Part shown: one piece after another, positions 39,652 through 43,576 of the stretch
Layout: each line of letters starts with the position of its first letter
Position numbering within the stretch: position 1 is the stretch's first letter
Assembly (NCBI GenBank): GCA_007693875.1
Contig: RECT01000212.1
Location: 1 to 43,576, forward strand
Length of the DNA stretch: 43,576 nucleotides
Source: Spirulina sp. DLM2.Bin59
GTDB taxonomy: Bacteria; Cyanobacteriota; Cyanobacteriia; Cyanobacteriales; Spirulinaceae
Reading direction: 5' to 3'
Translations under genes and position numbers: made by a program
Notes under the pieces: model-generated
Databases searched by the model: none
Told to the model about the DNA's origin: nothing
The model's input: the letters and a program-made list of their open reading frames with translations, nothing else

Positions 39652-41016
39652 TTAATGGCCCACGCCCACATAACGGAAACCGGCGGCTTCGGCGGCTTTA
39701 CGATCCAAGAAGTTGCGGCCGTCGATGATCACGGGCGTACTCATCAAACTGGCCAACTTTGGATAGTCAATATTGGCAAACTGTTGCCAATCCGTCACCA
39801 ATACCAGAGCATCGCAACCATCCGCCAACCGCTCCACATCGGTTTCCACCATTACGCCGCTGAGGCCCTGACCAATGCCAGTTTGGGACACGATGGGGTC
39901 AAAGGCTTTTACCTTCGCCCCTAAACGATTGAGTTGTTCAATCAGATCCAACGACGGGGCATCGCGCATATCATCGGTGTCCGGCTTGAACGTTAAACCC
40001 AATAAACCGATCACTTTGCCCTTGAGAATTTTTAACTCATGTTGGAGTTTTTCGAGGGTGATCAGCCGTTGGCGTTTGTTGACGGTGACGGCGGATTTCA
40101 GCAGTTCCGCATCGTAGCCGTAATCATCGGCGGTGTGAATCAAGGCAGAAACATCTTTCGGGAAACAGGAGCCACCCCAGCCTAGACCGGCTTGGAGGAA
40201 TTTTGTGCCAATGCGGGAGTCTAAACCAATGCCCTTGGCCACTTGGGTCACGTCCGCACCAACGCGATCGCAAATATTGGCAATTTCATTAATAAAGCTG
40301 ATCTTCGTCGCCAGGAAGGAATTCGCGGCATATTTAATCATTTCCGCCGAGTTTAAATCCGTAGCCACGACGGGAACCGGGGGCAAGTCCGGTTCATTGG
40401 CAAAGGTGCGGTCTACCAGGGGTTGATAAAGTTCCTTCATGAGGGCGATCGCCTGCTCACCGTTGCTCCCTAAAACAATGCGATCGGGGTTGAAGGTGTC
40501 GTACACCGCCGAACCTTCCCGCAGAAATTCCGGGTTACTGACCACATCAAACTTCGCGGTAATTTCACCATTGCTCCCTTCGGCCTTTTGTCGTTCCGCG
40601 ACGCCATCGAGGACAATCATCCGTACCCAATCCCCTGAACCAATGGGCACAGTCGATTTATTGACAATCACCTTATAGCCATCTTTCATGTGTTGACCAA
40701 TGCCCTTGGCAACGGCTTCCACATAACGGGTATCACTATCTCCGGTGGGGAGGGCCGGCGTACCCACCGCGATAAAGAGAATGTCACCATGATCCACGCC
40801 ATAGCCTAGATCAGCGGTAAACTCCAAGTTCCCTGATTCCATACAGGACTTCATCAATTCTGACAGTCCCGGTTCATAGATGGGGGACTGCCCGCCGCGC
40901 ATCAGCTTGACTTTTTCTTCATTGTTATCGACACAGATGACATGGTGGCCAATGTGGGCGAGGCAGACCCCCGTCACTAAGCCGACATATCCAGTCCCAA
41001 TTACACAAACTTGCAT
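39652..41016 (-). CDS. ugd: UDP-glucose 6-dehydrogenase
   Basis: GTGYVG, KSTVP, NPEFLREG, GGSCFPKD, FKPDTDDMR. Confidence 0.95.
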   Translation of the reverse strand: MQVCVIGTGYVGLVTGVCLAHIGHHVICVDNNEEKVKLMRGGQSPIYEPGLSELMKSCMESGNLEFTADLGYGVDHGDILFIAVGTPALPTGDSDTRYVEAVAKGIGQHMKDGYKVIVNKSTVPIGSGDWVRMIVLDGVAERQKAEGSNGEITAKFDVVSNPEFLREGSAVYDTFNPDRIVLGSNGEQAIALMKELYQPLVDRTFANEPDLPPVPVVATDLNSAEMIKYAANSFLATKISFINEIANICDRVGADVTQVAKGIGLDSRIGTKFLQAGLGWGGSCFPKDVSALIHTADDYGYDAELLKSAVTVNKRQRLITLEKLQHELKILKGKVIGLLGLTFKPDTDDMRDAPSLDLIEQLNRLGAKVKAFDPIVSQTGIGQGLSGVMVETDVERLADGCDALVLVTDWQQFANIDYPKLASLMSTPVIIDGRNFLDRKAAEAAGFRYVGVGH

Positions 41017-41129
41017 GATATTTCTGGGTTGAGAATGAACAGGGTGGGGGCGATCGGTGTGCGATGGTCTCCGACCGGGCTTTGCCCATTGCGGATAGGT
41101 ACGCTATCACAGATCGCCTTTGATCAGTT

Positions 41130-42065
41130 TTAAGCGGATTGGAGGCGATCGCGAAAATAGTCAATGGTTTTCGTTAAGCCATCATCTAAAGGAACCGATG
41201 GTTCCCAGCCTAACCAATTTTTAGCACGGGTAATATCCGGTTGCCGCTGTTTGGGATCATCTTGGGGCAGCGGTTCAAAAATCACTGTTGCATCGGGGTT
41301 AATCCGTTGCTGGATTTTCTGGGCTAATTCGAGGATCGTATATTCCCCTGGATTGCCAATATTCACGGGTTCTGAATGATCACTGGCCATGAGACGCAAA
41401 AACCCCTCCACCAGATCCGACACATAGCAAAAACTCCGGGTCTGGGAGCCATCCCCATAGACCGTCAGCGGTGTTCCTTGCAAAGCTTGGACAATAAAAT
41501 TACTCACCACTCGGCCATCATTGGGCAACATCCGAGGGCCATAGGTGTTGAAGATCCGCACCACCCGCACATCTAAACCATGCTGACGGTGGTAATCATA
41601 GGTGAGGGTTTCCGCCATCCGTTTGCCCTCGTCGTAGCAGGAGCGAATCCCCGTACAGTTAACATTGCCCCAATAGCTTTCCGGCTGGGGATGCACCGTC
41701 GGATCGCCATAGATCTCGGACGTAGAAGCGAGGAAAAACCGCGCCCCCACTCGTTTCGCCAGACCCAACATATTGATTGTCCCCAACACGTTGGTTTTAA
41801 CGGTTTTAATCGGGTTGGATTGGTAATGGACTGGAGAGGCAGGGCAAGCAAGATGATAAACCTGATCAACTTCGAGGCGAATCGGTTCGGTAATGTCGTG
41901 GCGGATCAGTTCAAAGTTAGGATGGTTGAACCAATGGAGAATATTTTGCTTGTTGCCGGTGTAGAAGTTGTCTAAGCAGATAACTTCATCGCCCTGCTCC
42001 ATCAGGCGGTCTATGAGATGGGAGCCGAGAAAACCTGCTCCGCCTGTTACGAGGATGCGCATCAT
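41130..42065 (-). CDS. UDP-glucuronate decarboxylase (UDP-xylose synthase)
   Basis: [30 protein letters not shown]. Confidence 0.93.
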   Translation of the reverse strand: MMRILVTGGAGFLGSHLIDRLMEQGDEVICLDNFYTGNKQNILHWFNHPNFELIRHDITEPIRLEVDQVYHLACPASPVHYQSNPIKTVKTNVLGTINMLGLAKRVGARFFLASTSEIYGDPTVHPQPESYWGNVNCTGIRSCYDEGKRMAETLTYDYHRQHGLDVRVVRIFNTYGPRMLPNDGRVVSNFIVQALQGTPLTVYGDGSQTRSFCYVSDLVEGFLRLMASDHSEPVNIGNPGEYTILELAQKIQQRINPDATVIFEPLPQDDPKQRQPDITRAKNWLGWEPSVPLDDGLTKTIDYFRDRLQSA

Positions 42066-42215
42066 CTTTGCTTGACCATAGTTTTTAGCCCCTACTCTAA
42101 CCCATTTCGAGGCTCACCCTGCCCCTTTATCTTGGGGGCGGATCAAGGGATGGCTACGGGGTCGAGGATTGAGGATCGCGATATGATGGGCAGGGTAGCG
42201 TTGTTGTCTTGGGGG

Positions 42216-42965
42216 ATGGGGGATTTAAAGCGGGTGCTGATTTTGGGGGGGAGTGGGGATGCGGTGGGGTTGGCGGCGCGAGTTGCGGATCTCCCTGGCT
42301 TGAGGGTAATCACCTCCTTGGCGGGTCGTACCCGTCAGCCGTTGGTGACATCGCCCCATACCCGGATTGGCGGCTTTGGGGGGGTGGCGGGCCTCGTGGA
42401 TTATTTGCGATCGCAATCCATTGATCTGCTCATCGATGCCACCCATCCCTTTGCCGCCCAAATTTCCCACCATGCCGCCACTGCTGCGGCAACGGTGGGC
42501 TTGCCCCATTTGATGCTGATTCGTCCGGCCTGGGAGGAAAGTTCGGGGGATCAGTGGCGATCAGTAGACAGCCATGCCGCCGCCGCTGCCCAATGTGCCC
42601 AATGGGGGGGGCGAATTTTCCTCACCATTGGCCGCCAAGAACTCGCCGCCTTTGCCCATCTTCAGGATCATTGGTTTCTAATGCGGATGATCGATCCGCC
42701 CCACCCCGATGCCGCCATCCCCCCCGGCCAGGTTTTACTGGCCAGGGGGCCATTTGCCCTCTCAGAAGAGCGATCGCTCCTCCAAGATCACGGTATTGAG
42801 GCGATCGTCAGTAAAAACAGTGGCGGTGCTGCCACCTACAGCAAAATCATCGCCGCCCGCGAGCTAGGCCTTCCCGTCATCATGATCCAACGTCCCCCCA
42901 TGCCCCGAGGCGATCGCGCTACCAATATCGAAACCGCCCTCTCCTGGCTCCAACAACACCGCTAA
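42216..42965 (+). CDS. cobK: (Cobalt-)precorrin-6A reductase CobK/CbiJ
   Basis: SLAGRT, GGFGG, IDATHPFA, SKNSGG; ATG 42216 preferred. Confidence 0.93.
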   Translation: MGDLKRVLILGGSGDAVGLAARVADLPGLRVITSLAGRTRQPLVTSPHTRIGGFGGVAGLVDYLRSQSIDLLIDATHPFAAQISHHAATAAATVGLPHLMLIRPAWEESSGDQWRSVDSHAAAAAQCAQWGGRIFLTIGRQELAAFAHLQDHWFLMRMIDPPHPDAAIPPGQVLLARGPFALSEERSLLQDHGIEAIVSKNSGGAATYSKIIAARELGLPVIMIQRPPMPRGDRATNIETALSWLQQHR

Positions 42966-42967
42966 AC

Positions 42968-43004
42968 CCCACTTCCCACTTCCTACTTCCCACTCCCTAC
43001 TCCC
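42968..43004. repeat. Heptamer tandem repeat (CCYACTY), about 5 units, between convergent cob genes
   Basis: CCCACTT CCCACTT CCTACTT CCCACTC CCTACTC. Confidence 0.75.
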
Positions 43005-43576
43005 CCTTCACCACCACCCACTGCGTCACCGGAGCCATGGCTTTCCAGCCCAAAAATTTGCCGATGGGTTCCGCCCGTTGGATGGCCAGACGCTTGAGAG
43101 TTCCCCCCCATTGGCGCTGTTGCTGCAATAACAACTGTTCACTTTCCACCGTGACAGCATTGGCTACCAAACGACCGCCAACGGGGAGCGATCGCCAACA
43201 GGTGGCCAACAGATCCGGGGTCGTAACTCCCCCGCCAATAAAAATCGCATCGGGTTGGGGCAAATCTGCCAACGCCGCAGGAGCAGACCCCGCCACAATT
43301 TGCAAATGGGGAACCCCCAAGGCTTGGGCATTGTGGGCAATGGATTGTAGGCGGCTGGGGTGTTGCTCAATGGCGATCGCCCGACAACGGCGATCGCTCC
43401 GTAGCCATTCAATCCCAATGGATCCACAACCCGCCCCCACATCCCAGAGCAATTGCCCCGGCAGAGGAGCCAAAGCCGCGAGGGTGACGGCGCGGACTTC
43501 CTGTTTCGTTAACTGGCCATCGTGGTGATAGGCCCCGTCTGGGAGCCCGGGGGTGCGGGGGTAGGTGGGGGTGAAC
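42997..43576 (-). CDS. cbiT: Precorrin-6Y C5,15-methyltransferase CbiE/CbiT (CobL), 3' part; runs off the window
   Basis: Frame open to the window edge: [32 protein letters not shown]. Confidence 0.92.
   Translation of the reverse strand, partial: FTPTYPRTPGLPDGAYHHDGQLTKQEVRAVTLAALAPLPGQLLWDVGAGCGSIGIEWLRSDRRCRAIAIEQHPSRLQSIAHNAQALGVPHLQIVAGSAPAALADLPQPDAIFIGGGVTTPDLLATCWRSLPVGGRLVANAVTVESEQLLLQQQRQWGGTLKRLAIQRAEPIGKFLGWKAMAPVTQWVVVKGE

Overview
Cyanobacterial chromosomal window: the HIP1 octamer GCGATCGC is very frequent and the genes are cyanobacterial. Most of it is housekeeping or metabolic: dnaK3-dnaJ, guaA, cbiD, ylqF, aldehyde dehydrogenase, tilS, ygfZ-like, ccsA, acr3-arsC, ugd, UDP-GlcA decarboxylase, cobK and a partial cbiET. 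The notable parts are: (i) an AT-rich NspV-like type II restriction-modification pair after dnaJ, followed by a 196-bp MITE-like element with a 6-bp target duplication that encloses a pair of REP palindromes; (ii) a 45-aa ndhQ gene missed by the ORF track; (iii) a signalling-rich stretch (18.5-27.2 kb) with a LOV-GGDEF-EAL photoreceptor, a lone receiver, an orphan histidine kinase and an unusual HisKA-EAL fusion lacking any ATPase domain; (iv) many small, sometimes nested mobile repeats, including two transposase-less IS200/IS605-like right ends. No CRISPR array, rRNA, tRNA or transposase was seen. All family calls are from motif recognition and memory, not database searches. I cannot establish a new system from the sequence alone; the best candidates are the HisKA-EAL protein and the small mobile-element architecture.
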